In this document: in pieces, positions 25,381-34,027 of the stretch | Layout of the letters: each line of letters begins with the position of its first letter | Numbering within the stretch: the first letter of the stretch is position 1 | Assembly (NCBI GenBank): GCA_038046005.1 | Contig: JBBSXB010000007.1 | Coordinates: 586 to 64,585 of the forward strand | Source of the DNA: Nanobdellota archaeon | Lineage (GTDB): Archaea; Nanobdellota; Nanobdellia; Pacearchaeales; GW2011-AR1 | Direction: 5' to 3' | DNA: 64,000 nt | The notes under the pieces: generated by a model | What the model was told of the DNA's origin: nothing | The model's database searches: none | What the model saw: the letters and a program-made list of their open reading frames with translations, nothing else | Position numbers and translations under genes: made by a program

Positions 25381-25716
25381 TTTACCTCTTTTTCTACGGA
25401 CTAAATGTCCTTTTTATAAAGGATTTTATGATTTATAAATTATTTGATTTGAAATGTTTATCCCACCGCTATCACCCCGACCATCTCGCATCCCGAGTTT
25501 GAAATCAATGATAAAAATGCCAAACTCAAAATGCTCGCCCAGCCCCTAGTATGCTGCTGACGCAGGATTGATTTAGTATTAATGTAAAAACCTGTTTTGG
25601 TTGTCATAAAATTACTATTTACCACACTAACATTTTCATTAGCGAAAAATCTGACAAAGTCGATTTTGAGCAATATCAATCAGCGAGCGCATAGCGCGAG
25701 CGTAATTTAACAAATC

Positions 25717-26643
25717 TTATTTCTTTTTAGAAAATTCTTTTTCTTTTTGCCTTATTTTGTCTTCGAGGTCTAGTTTTTCAATCAGTTCTTTGTATCTGTT
25801 CCTGATTGTTACTTCAGTTATTCCTGCAATGTCTGCAACTTCCCTTTGTGTTTTCTTTTCGTCATTTATCAATGCTGCAACGTATAAGGCTGCTGCAGCA
25901 ATTCCTGCAGGACCTCTTCCCGAAGTTAATTCAACTCCTTCTGCTTGTCTTAAAACCTTTAATGCGTCGTTTTGTGTTTTTGGAGAGAGATGCAACACTG
26001 AAGAAAATCTTGAGATATAATCTTTTGGAGAGCTTTGCTTTACTTTTATCCCTAGTTTTCTTATTATGAACCTATAAGTTCTTCCTATTTCTTTTCTCTC
26101 GACGTCGGATGCTGTTGCCATTTCGTCTAGGGTTCTTGGAATGTTGTATGACCTGCAAGCCGCGTATAGGCATGCCGCAATTACTGACTCCATGCTTCTT
26201 CCTCTTACTAAGCCTCTTTGTAGAACATAATTGTAAATCCTTGAGGCTTCGTCTTTAACCACATTTGGCAAGTTTAAGTAAGAAGCTATAACTCTTAACT
26301 CGGCCATTGCGAGCCTTAAGTTTCTTTCAATACTTGTTGAAACTCTTTCCTGCCATTTTTTTAATCTTAAGAATTTTCTTGTTTGTTTTGGGTCCAATCT
26401 ATAAATATCTGAGATTTCTCCGACATTAGTCGTAAGACCTTTGTCGAATTTTTGGATTGAAGATGGTGCTCCACCTCTACCTTTTTTTTCTGATTTGTCA
26501 AATTTTCCCTGCAAATCCATTCCCGTATCAACCATTTTCTCTTCGATAACAAGACCGCAATCATTGCAGATTATTTCGCCTAAATGAGAATCAAAAGTCA
26601 GATTTACACTGTCGCATTCTGGGCATCTTTTCACACTTGTCAT
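25717..26643 (-). CDS. tfb: transcription initiation factor IIB (TFB)
   Basis: N-terminal Zn ribbon CPECDS...CNDCG, B-finger region, two cyclin-fold repeats, and C-terminal ITEVTIRNRYKEL. Confidence 0.95.
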   Translation of the reverse strand: MTSVKRCPECDSVNLTFDSHLGEIICNDCGLVIEEKMVDTGMDLQGKFDKSEKKGRGGAPSSIQKFDKGLTTNVGEISDIYRLDPKQTRKFLRLKKWQERVSTSIERNLRLAMAELRVIASYLNLPNVVKDEASRIYNYVLQRGLVRGRSMESVIAACLYAACRSYNIPRTLDEMATASDVERKEIGRTYRFIIRKLGIKVKQSSPKDYISRFSSVLHLSPKTQNDALKVLRQAEGVELTSGRGPAGIAAAALYVAALINDEKKTQREVADIAGITEVTIRNRYKELIEKLDLEDKIRQKEKEFSKKK

Positions 26644-26662
26644 ATTTAGAATTTTGGCGTTA

Positions 26663-26674
26663 GATTTATAAATC
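26663..26674 (-). promoter_or_regulatory. TATA box of tfb (leaderless start)
   Basis: GATTTATAAATC is centred ~25 nt upstream of the tfb ATG (26643). Confidence 0.5.
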
Positions 26675-26753
26675 TTTCTATGTGTTTTTGCTTTAAAAAG
26701 CTTTTGGTTTGTGTTTTAATGTATAAGAAGTAAAAGTATGTTGTATGTCGAGA

Positions 26754-27107
26754 TTACTTCACAAAAACACCATTGATAACACCTTCTTGAGAAGGCCTGT
26801 TTGTTATTCTTACTTTTCCAGAATCAGTTTGTACGATTGTTCCTTTTGTTATTATATTCTGTCTTGCAAGGAATCTGTTTGAAGGAGTTTCTAAAACATT
26901 TTTTATTTCAATTTTTTTCCCAGAAACATTTACAAACTTCCCTCTAAAAAAGAAAGATTTGATGTTTCCTCCTCTCACTCTCATTGTTTTTCTTTTTTCT
27001 TCTCCTAGCTTGACTATTCTTGGCTGTCCTTTTCTTTCGTAAAGTTTTTTCTTTCTTCTGACAATGTATCTTCCACCCGTTATTTTTCTTCCTGTTCTTG
27101 TTGACAT
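26754..27107 (-). CDS. rps8e: 30S ribosomal protein S8e (eS8)
   Basis: MSTRTGRKITGGRYIVRRKKKLYE...MRVRGGN... is a typical eS8. Confidence 0.9.
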   Translation of the reverse strand: MSTRTGRKITGGRYIVRRKKKLYERKGQPRIVKLGEEKRKTMRVRGGNIKSFFFRGKFVNVSGKKIEIKNVLETPSNRFLARQNIITKGTIVQTDSGKVRITNRPSQEGVINGVFVK

Positions 27108-27127
27108 AATTAAATGGGCTAAAAATG

Positions 27128-27136
27128 CTTTAAATA
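27128..27136 (-). promoter_or_regulatory. TATA box of rps8e (leaderless start)
   Basis: The reverse complement TATTTAAAG lies ~25 nt upstream of the ATG at 27107. Confidence 0.45.
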
Positions 27137-27170
27137 GGTTTCTGTTCAGGAATTTTTTATACGGGTCAAT

Positions 27171-27470
27171 ATGAATTTACGAAATGTTTATAAACGATTT
27201 ACAACCAAAATAATTATGGTTAACGGTATTGAGAGGCCATTAGACTTGTTGAACAATTCTAAAGGTAAGGAAGTTTTGGTTTATCTGAAGGGTGACAAAC
27301 AGTTCGTTGGGACTTTGTTAGCTTTTGATATCCACATCAACCTTGTGTTGGACAACATAAAAGAAATGGAGAAAGGCGAGATGAAAAGAAACCTCGGCCT
27401 GACTTTTTTAAGAGGAGATACGATAATCTTCATTTCTCCGGCTTCTACTGCATTAAAAAAGAATGAGTAA
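27171..27470 (+). CDS. Sm-like archaeal protein (SmAP/LSm)
   Basis: Sm1 motif (VLVYLKGDKQFVGTLLAFDIHINLVL) and Sm2 motif (FLRGDTIIFISP). The true start may be the ATG at 27216 (MVNGIERPLDLL). Confidence 0.85.
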   Translation: MNLRNVYKRFTTKIIMVNGIERPLDLLNNSKGKEVLVYLKGDKQFVGTLLAFDIHINLVLDNIKEMEKGEMKRNLGLTFLRGDTIIFISPASTALKKNE

Positions 27471-27570
27471 TTAAGCGTTTTTACCTTATTTTCGCAAGGT
27501 GGATTTTCGGCGCTTTGAGTTAGCGGATGCTTTGAGATAAATTAATAAGGAAAAATTTGTTTTATAGGCT

Positions 27571-27810
27571 ATGGGAAAGATTACTGAGGAAGGAAAGAAA
27601 GCTTATGTTAATGGAATGGCAAAAGATTTTGGACTAGACAGTATTGAAGCGTTAGCAAAAAAATTAGGTTTTGATAATCCAGATTTAATGGCAAAAGATT
27701 CTAATTTTGATAATATTTATGATTACTTTACAAAGAAAGGTTATGCTCATAGATATTTAGGTGTGCGAAGAAAACTTCTATCTAAAACAGTTGAAAATAG
27801 GCTAACATAA
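27571..27810 (+). CDS. hypothetical protein
   Basis: 79-aa ORF with no motif. Confidence 0.4.
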   Translation: MGKITEEGKKAYVNGMAKDFGLDSIEALAKKLGFDNPDLMAKDSNFDNIYDYFTKKGYAHRYLGVRRKLLSKTVENRLT

Positions 27811-27870
27811 ATAATTATCTCTTTTACTTTATTTCATAACTTTTATTAACTAATTTTCCCTCTACATCTC

Positions 27871-28776
27871 ATGACAGAAAAAATAAAAATCACATTTTTG
27901 GGAACGGCTGACTCTGTGCCTAGCGCTAAGAGAAATCACACAGCCATTTTACTTAGCTACAAAGATGAAAATATTCTTGTTGATTGTGGTGAGGGAACTC
28001 AAAGGCAGTTTAGAATGGTTGGATTGAATCCTTGTAAAATTACAAAGATATTGATAACTCACTGGCATGGAGATCATGTTCTGGGAATTCCGGGATTATT
28101 GCAAACGCTTGCATTTAGCGGTTATAATAAAACTTTACATATTTACGGGCCAAAAGGAACTAAAGAATACATGAATGAGATGTTCAGAGTTTTTGCATTT
28201 TCAGGAAATATATCTCTTAAAGTTGAAGAAATTTCAAACGGAGTTTTTTTTGATAATGGAGAATTTTTTTTAGAGGCTGAAAGAATGCAACATGGTGTTC
28301 CTTGCAATGCTTACAACTTTGTTAAAAAAGGCCAAATAAGAATCGACAAAAAGAAATTGAAAAAATCAAAGATTAAAGAAGGTCCGCATTTGCAGGAATT
28401 AAAGAAAGGAAAAGATATTGTTTTCAACGGAAATAAATATTTTGCAAGAAATTTGACTTTTAGCGAGAAAGGCAAAAAGATATCATTTGTTTTAGATACG
28501 GGGGTCAATGAAAGAATAGCCCCTTTTGCAAAAGATGCTGATTTGTTGGTGATTGAATCTAGCTTTGATGCTGAATCTATGGCTAGGGCGAAAGAATACA
28601 ATCATCTTACATGCGAACAGGGGGCAAATATCGCAAAGAAGGCTAAAGTTAACAAATTGGTCTTAACTCATGTTAGTCAGAGGTATGATAACAATCCTTT
28701 GAAGGTGCTGAAACAATCAAAAAAAATATTCAGAAATTCTTTTTTGGCTTCTGACTTTAATGTTTTTGAAGTGTAA
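27871..28776 (+). CDS. rnz: ribonuclease Z (tRNA 3' endonuclease)
   Basis: Metallo-beta-lactamase fold with ITFLGTADSVP, VDCGEGTQRQ, the HWHGDH motif and C-terminal LTHVSQRY. Confidence 0.85.
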   Translation: MTEKIKITFLGTADSVPSAKRNHTAILLSYKDENILVDCGEGTQRQFRMVGLNPCKITKILITHWHGDHVLGIPGLLQTLAFSGYNKTLHIYGPKGTKEYMNEMFRVFAFSGNISLKVEEISNGVFFDNGEFFLEAERMQHGVPCNAYNFVKKGQIRIDKKKLKKSKIKEGPHLQELKKGKDIVFNGNKYFARNLTFSEKGKKISFVLDTGVNERIAPFAKDADLLVIESSFDAESMARAKEYNHLTCEQGANIAKKAKVNKLVLTHVSQRYDNNPLKVLKQSKKIFRNSFLASDFNVFEV

Positions 28777-28810
28777 TAAAGCTTAAAAATTTGGGTTTTG
28801 TCTTTTTAGG

Positions 28811-29128
28811 ATGAGAGAGTATACTGATCAAGATAATAGGAAAGATTTTGGATTGCCTTCGCACGTAGATTTTTATCCCTCACCCAAAGAAAGTTCGCAT
28901 AGATACCAGCCTCCAATGAGAGACCAACCTAATGATTTTAGAAAATATAATCAAAGAAATTTTAGAATATCGAGTTCTAGAGTTAAATCTCGCAGTGCTT
29001 TGGCTCAATTGACATTAAAAGAGGAGTCTGACAATAAGTCACTTGTGGTTGATTGCGCAATTGGTAATAACTATTCTCTACAACCTAATTCAGACAACAT
29101 CTTAGATTGTGACAATAATAACTCCTAA
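28811..29128 (+). CDS. hypothetical protein (low complexity)
   Basis: 105-aa polar ORF. Coding status is uncertain. Confidence 0.3.
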   Translation: MREYTDQDNRKDFGLPSHVDFYPSPKESSHRYQPPMRDQPNDFRKYNQRNFRISSSRVKSRSALAQLTLKEESDNKSLVVDCAIGNNYSLQPNSDNILDCDNNNS

Positions 29129-29144
29129 CTCCAAAATGAAAAGG

Positions 29145-29155
29145 TTTTAAATATA
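29145..29155 (+). promoter_or_regulatory. TATA box of tRNA-Arg
   Basis: TTTTAAATATA lies 22-27 nt upstream of the mature 5' end at 29177. Confidence 0.5.
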
Positions 29156-29176
29156 GTTTTTTCTTCTAATTTTCAA

Positions 29177-29251
<75 letters not shown>

Positions 29252-29254
29252 TAT

Positions 29255-29659
29255 ATGCAGAAAATAATTTTTGTTTGTAGACATAACAAATTTAGAAGTA
29301 AGGTAGCTGAAGCCATGTTCAATAAGCTAAACAAAAACAAAAATATCAAGGCTGAAAGCGCGGGGCTATTTGTTGATTCGGCTCATTTGTTTATTGAACC
29401 GATAGTTTTGGGCGAAATTGGGAGAAGAGGCTATAATATTGTCGGAAGCCCTAGGCAACTTACAAGAGAGCTGGCTGAGAAATTTGATAAGATAATAATT
29501 GTTGCCGATGACATTGATAAGGAATTCTTTTTTGACTTTAAAGGAAAAGTGATGCAATGGAATATTTCTGACTGTGACCCTTCTGATGTTGTCTGCATTG
29601 AAGACACAATTGATGATATTGAGAAAAGAGTTGAAGATTTTGTGTCATCTTTAGAATAA
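29255..29659 (+). CDS. low-molecular-weight phosphotyrosine phosphatase / ArsC-like family protein
   Basis: CX5R(S) P-loop in IIFVCRHNKFRSKVAEAMF. 134 aa. The start is only 4 nt after tRNA-Arg. Confidence 0.75.
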   Translation: MQKIIFVCRHNKFRSKVAEAMFNKLNKNKNIKAESAGLFVDSAHLFIEPIVLGEIGRRGYNIVGSPRQLTRELAEKFDKIIIVADDIDKEFFFDFKGKVMQWNISDCDPSDVVCIEDTIDDIEKRVEDFVSSLE

Positions 29660-29694
29660 TGCTGTTTGATCTTGATAATGTTTTTAAATGAATC

Positions 29695-30603
29695 ATGTAT
29701 TGTTTTTATATGTGTGAACAAAAGTGGGTTGTAATTTTGGCTTTGCTTTTTTTGATGCCAAATATTCTAGCTTCTACAATAGATCAATTTCATGAGGTAT
29801 CTGAAGGACAGCGTTTGACTTTTGCTGAAAGACAAGATTCATGGGGAGTCACATGGAGTTATATAACTACAGATTCACAGCCTCCTACTCCTGCATTTAA
29901 GGGAATTCCTCCTGGTGTTGACAACTTAGGAGTGCCTCCAGGAGCAAATATGCATAAGGTTTTTGGATACTTGAAAACAGATAATTATTCTAGCAATGGG
30001 ACTAATCTTGGATGCATATTGAACTGCAATATTACTGCCACATTTAATTGGACTCCAGGACATTGTCAGGCTATTCAGTCAAATTATACTTTCTACAACA
30101 CAACCAGCAACACAACAAGAAAATATAATTACCATTTTAATTTATTGAAATGGAGAAGTGATCTACCTTTTCCTGGAGTTCCTATTGATACTATAATTGA
30201 AAAAATAGTTGTTTACAATGTTAATAGAGCTCCAACATTAAATGGAATTCCCATTTATACTTCGGTGAGGCCTTATAATGGAGTTTACCCTCCATTTAAT
30301 ATTCAGTTTGTTGCTTATGATGCTGATGAAGTGGAGTGTGGTGATGACAAAGTTAATCCTGTTATTTTCTTGGCTAATGGCACTGGTGCAACAATAACCA
30401 GAATAGGCAACAGCTCAACTTATATCTTTAATTGGGATCCAAGTTATGTTCCTCGTACTAGATATTATTTTAATTTTTCAACGAGTGACAAGTATAATGC
30501 TACTTCACAAAAACAAATGATCATCGATGTGTTTCCTCCAAAGTCTTTTGTAAAATATCCTCCTGTTTCTCAAGTAGCTCCTGATACAAATCCTCTTAAT
30601 TAA
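29695..30603 (+). CDS. secreted sequon-rich protein, unknown family
   Basis: Signal-like WVVILALLFLMPNILAST and many N-x-S/T sequons. Confidence 0.6.
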   Translation: MYCFYMCEQKWVVILALLFLMPNILASTIDQFHEVSEGQRLTFAERQDSWGVTWSYITTDSQPPTPAFKGIPPGVDNLGVPPGANMHKVFGYLKTDNYSSNGTNLGCILNCNITATFNWTPGHCQAIQSNYTFYNTTSNTTRKYNYHFNLLKWRSDLPFPGVPIDTIIEKIVVYNVNRAPTLNGIPIYTSVRPYNGVYPPFNIQFVAYDADEVECGDDKVNPVIFLANGTGATITRIGNSSTYIFNWDPSYVPRTRYYFNFSTSDKYNATSQKQMIIDVFPPKSFVKYPPVSQVAPDTNPLN

Positions 30604-30666
30604 TTGTAGTTTTGAGCAGGCAAAACATTAAAAAGGATTACGAGATTAATTTTTCTGTACTATTTC

Positions 30667-30739
30667 GCGGAGGTGGCACAGCGGCTACTGCGGTTGCCTG
30701 CAAAGCAACTTTTCGTGGGTTCGAGTCCCACCCTCCGCT
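30667..30739 (+). tRNA. tRNA-Cys (anticodon GCA)
   Basis: Acceptor GCGGAGG/CCTCCGC, anticodon stem GTTGC/GCAAC with loop CTGCAAA, T-arm GTGGG-TTCGAGT-CCCAC, discriminator T. 73 nt. Confidence 0.85.
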
Positions 30740-30758
30740 TTTTGGGTTTTGTTTTTTT
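30740..30758 (+). terminator. oligo-T tract after tRNA-Cys
   Basis: TTTTGGGTTTTGTTTTTTT lies directly after the tRNA. Archaeal RNA polymerase terminates at T-runs. Confidence 0.4.
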
Positions 30759-30799
30759 ATAAGGCAAGAAATAAAAAGCTAGAAACTTTTGAAACTACA

Positions 30800-31366
30800 A
30801 TGGTGAAAAAAATATATCTAGTTCATGGGTGGGGAGGAAGCAGCCAAGAACCTTGGTTTAACTGGCTTAAGAAAGATATGGAAAAAAAGAAATTTGAAGT
30901 TCATGCTTTTGATATGCCTGATACGGAGAATCCTAAGATAAGTGAATGGGTTAATTATTTAAGAGAGAATATTGAAATTGATGAAATTGATGAGCATACT
31001 TATTTTGTTGGGCACAGTATCGGGTGCCAAACCATATTGCGATTTTTGGAGAAACTTCCTAAAAGTAAAAAAATTGGTGGATGTATATTTGTTGCTCCTT
31101 GGCTAGACCTAATTAATATTGGGTCGGAGGAACTTGAAATAGTCCAGCCATGGATAAATTCCAAAATAGACTTTGGAAGGATTTTAACTCACGATACCAA
31201 ATTTTTCTGTATTTTTTCTGATAATGATCCATATGTCCATTTAGATGAAGCAAAAAAATTCAAAGATAAACTGGGTGCAAAGATAATTTTTAAAAAGAAA
31301 CAAGGACATTTCAATTCTGAGTCTGGGGTGAAAGAAATTCCAGAAATTTTGCAGTTTTTGAGATAA
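30800..31366 (+). CDS. alpha/beta serine hydrolase (YdeN/RBBP9-like)
   Basis: IYLVHGWGGS, nucleophile elbow GHSIGC, and a late D...H (NDPYV...QGHF). I chose the ATG at 30800 because it lies downstream of the tRNA terminator. Confidence 0.7.
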   Translation: MVKKIYLVHGWGGSSQEPWFNWLKKDMEKKKFEVHAFDMPDTENPKISEWVNYLRENIEIDEIDEHTYFVGHSIGCQTILRFLEKLPKSKKIGGCIFVAPWLDLINIGSEELEIVQPWINSKIDFGRILTHDTKFFCIFSDNDPYVHLDEAKKFKDKLGAKIIFKKKQGHFNSESGVKEIPEILQFLR

Positions 31367-31470
31367 AAAACTAAATCTTCTTCTCTTTTCTTAATTGATA
31401 TAACTTAATCATTATTCCTAAAGTTGCTAATATACTCAAATAAAGTAAAAGATAGTCTGTTGTTGTCATA

Positions 31471-32238
31471 TTATTTTCCAGAGACTTTTTTGTATCTTCT
31501 TTCAACTGCAATTAGGATTGTTGCAGCAAAGATTACTGCAATAAAAACATAAACGAATTTATTACTTTTCAGATAACTAAACCAGGCTATTCCATCCTGG
31601 TCTGGGCTAATCCCTCCAGTAATCCCTGTTCTTTTTGAAGCAGAATCATCTACTGCTCCAATTACGTTACCTGTTCCCGTTAGCTGTACATCTGACCTAA
31701 TCAAAGAGGTCTCACCATCTGTGACCCTTAAATTATAGACTCCTTCTGGTGCTACCAGTCTGTATGACGCAGATTCGCCAATTCCCAGATTGGGAGTTTG
31801 AGTTCCTGTTGTTTCCCCAATTGTTATTTTTATTGTTCTTGTGTAAGGGGTGTTTCCAATGTTTTTTACAACAAGAGTCTCTCCCTGTAATTCAAAACTT
31901 ACCAATTCTTTTCTTCCAATATTAAAAAATTCTATCGCTTCTGTATTTCCATTTGTGGCTCTTATTATTGCTTGCCCTGAACTTGCCTCATCTAATCTTA
32001 TAGTTGCTATTTGTGTTGAGGAAACTGCTGACTTTGTTATTCTCTTTGCAGAGTCTTGTATTGTTATATCCACCTGGCCGTCAATAGGATTTCCAGAATT
32101 GTCATATAATGTTGCTTTGAAATTTATTGGATTTCCTGCTGAAATTTCCTTCCCATTTGGGAATTCTATTGTAATTGAATTAGCTGAAACTAAAGAAACA
32201 GCCAAGATTATTCCTAGAAAAAATAATATTTTTTTCAT
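31471..32238 (-). CDS. surface protein with signal peptide and C-terminal TM anchor
   Basis: N-terminal LFFLGIILAVSLVSA, beta-rich repeats, and C-terminal FVYVFIAVIFAATILIAV followed by a basic tail. Confidence 0.65.
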   Translation of the reverse strand: MKKILFFLGIILAVSLVSANSITIEFPNGKEISAGNPINFKATLYDNSGNPIDGQVDITIQDSAKRITKSAVSSTQIATIRLDEASSGQAIIRATNGNTEAIEFFNIGRKELVSFELQGETLVVKNIGNTPYTRTIKITIGETTGTQTPNLGIGESASYRLVAPEGVYNLRVTDGETSLIRSDVQLTGTGNVIGAVDDSASKRTGITGGISPDQDGIAWFSYLKSNKFVYVFIAVIFAATILIAVERRYKKVSGK

Positions 32239-32344
32239 GTTTTTAATAGGCTTGATGCTTATTTAAAAGTTTTTGTTATATTCTAGAGAACAACAATGTT
32301 TAAATAAAAAATTGCGGTGTTTTTTGTACAAGGAGGTGAAAGAG

Positions 32345-33711
32345 ATGAAAAGAAATTTGTTTTTTGGATTGTTGTTTTTATTTATAGTTATGATGGTTGT
32401 TTCTGCAAAGCCTTCTTCAGGAGTTTGTCCAATTCAACAGGACACAAATGTTGTTTTTTATGGTCAAACAGGGTTTGGAGGTGTAGGCGACTTAAGTAGG
32501 TCATGGATTCTCATTTTTTGGATTGGTGGAAACAGCAAGATCTTTCTGTTAAATATGCAATTCTTGATGCAAACGACATTAAGAGTGATTGCAATCTTGT
32601 TAATTATCCAAACGTCAAGGTTTACATACAGCCGGGAGGAAATGCTTACTACCAACAAAAACAGCTCGGCTCTGTTGGAAAAACTAACATAAATAATTAT
32701 ATCAATTCTGGAAGAGGATATGTTGGAATTTGCGCTGGGTTTTATTATGCTGCAGGAGACTATTATTGGCAAGGCAGTTACTACAACTGGCCTAATTTGC
32801 TTAATAAATATCCTACAGTTGAAGGTTCAATAACAAACATAGCTGACTATGATTCAAGTTCCGGATATGCTTTAACTACTTTAAGCAACGGGGAACAAAT
32901 GATTTACTATGGGGGCCCAACTCGTGGTTGGAGACAAACTCCTAGCAGTTTTCCTGGACAAGCTTTAATGTCTTTCGCAAGTATTTCTAACAACTTACCA
33001 GCTTCTATAGAATACAACAACATGCTTTTGATGAGCGTACATGCAGAGGCTTATGAAAATGACGGGATTTATGGACTTACAACAAATCAGAGAGTAAGGA
33101 ATTATATTTGGTTCGCAAATGCAATCAATAATGTTTCAGGAACAAGCTTTTATGTTCCTGTTTTGCCTAGTTCTGCTGTTTGCGGGAATGGGATTTGCGA
33201 AGCGGGAGAGGATAGTTATTCATGTCCTGCAGATTGTTATGTAAGCTCAGGAAATGTGACAAACATTTTTTATGATGATTTTGAATCTGGATTGGGCAAC
33301 TGGGCAACAACTGCTGTTTCTGGAGGAAATTCTTGGAACATTGCTACAACAGATCCTTATCAGGGAAGCTATGCAGAGTCAAATCCAATGTCTACAACAG
33401 ATCCTGCTTCAATATTAGAGAAGGGGATTTCGACTGTTGGCTATGGAAACATAAAAGTCAGCTATTATAGGAAGCTTGTCGGATTAGACATAGCTGATGA
33501 ATTCCAAGCTAAGTGGTTTGACGGCGTAAATTGGAATATTTTAGAGCAAACTGGAAGCAATTCTGCCGACGATGTAAGCTATTTGTATAAAGAGTTTAAT
33601 ATTCTAGCAATGGCTTACAACAACTCTAACTTTAAGATAAGATTCGAGTGTACAGCCGGCGCTGTTTCAGAATTCTGCAGAGTTGATAATGTCTTGGTTT
33701 CAGGACAATAA
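32345..33711 (+). pseudogene. secreted GATase1/BPL_N-like protein with a C-terminal DxFESG jelly-roll-like module, interrupted by a 1-nt frameshift at a T6 run
   Basis: SD AGGAGGTGA is followed by an ATG at 32345 and a signal peptide in one frame (ORF 32273-32692). The rest is in another frame (ORF 32503-33711). Adding one T to the run at 32514-32519 joins them as ...SRSWILIFLDWWKQQ.... The PGG...GICAG motif resembles class I amidotransferase / biotin-ligase N-terminal domains. Confidence 0.6.
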
Positions 33712-33790
33712 TCTTTATTTTATTCTTTTTTCTTTTTCTTTTTTATTTACTTGGAAACGTTTAAATACTTTAAATGGTACTATAAAAAGT

Positions 33791-34027
33791 ATGGTGAAAA
33801 GTAGATTAAAAAGTACTGTAAAAAGTGCGATTAATCGTGCTATAATTAAGGAGGCCATAATAAAGACAATTGTGGGTTCAGAAAAACCACTTTCTACAGA
33901 AGAAATAGCAAAAAATCTATCTAAATCTTGGCATACCATTATTCGTTATTGTTTGGATTTAACAAACGAAGACAAACTCGTTAAGTTTGAAATTGGGAGG
34001 ATAAGTGTCTGGCAAATTAAAAAATGA
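33791..34027 (+). CDS. small winged-helix DNA-binding protein
   Basis: I chose the ATG at 33791 because it is ~25 nt after TTTAAATAC. PLSTEEIAKNLSKSWHTIIRYCLDL...KLVKFEIGRISVW is an HTH plus wing pattern. Its stop overlaps the next start (ATGA). Confidence 0.55.
   Translation: MVKSRLKSTVKSAINRAIIKEAIIKTIVGSEKPLSTEEIAKNLSKSWHTIIRYCLDLTNEDKLVKFEIGRISVWQIKK

Noticed and set aside
25458-25679. 73-aa minus-strand ORF in the tfb-downstream spacer.
   Set aside because: It has an odd composition, no SD or TATA at the appropriate distance, and a GC-rich segment that looks more like RNA structure than coding sequence. I kept the region only as a possible ncRNA in the findings.
21944-25716. Considered an integrated virus or plasmid bounded by tRNA-Leu.
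   Set aside because: No integrase, capsid, replication or packaging genes are recognisable. The tRNA 3' end points away from the islet, and no direct repeat of the tRNA 3' end flanks it.
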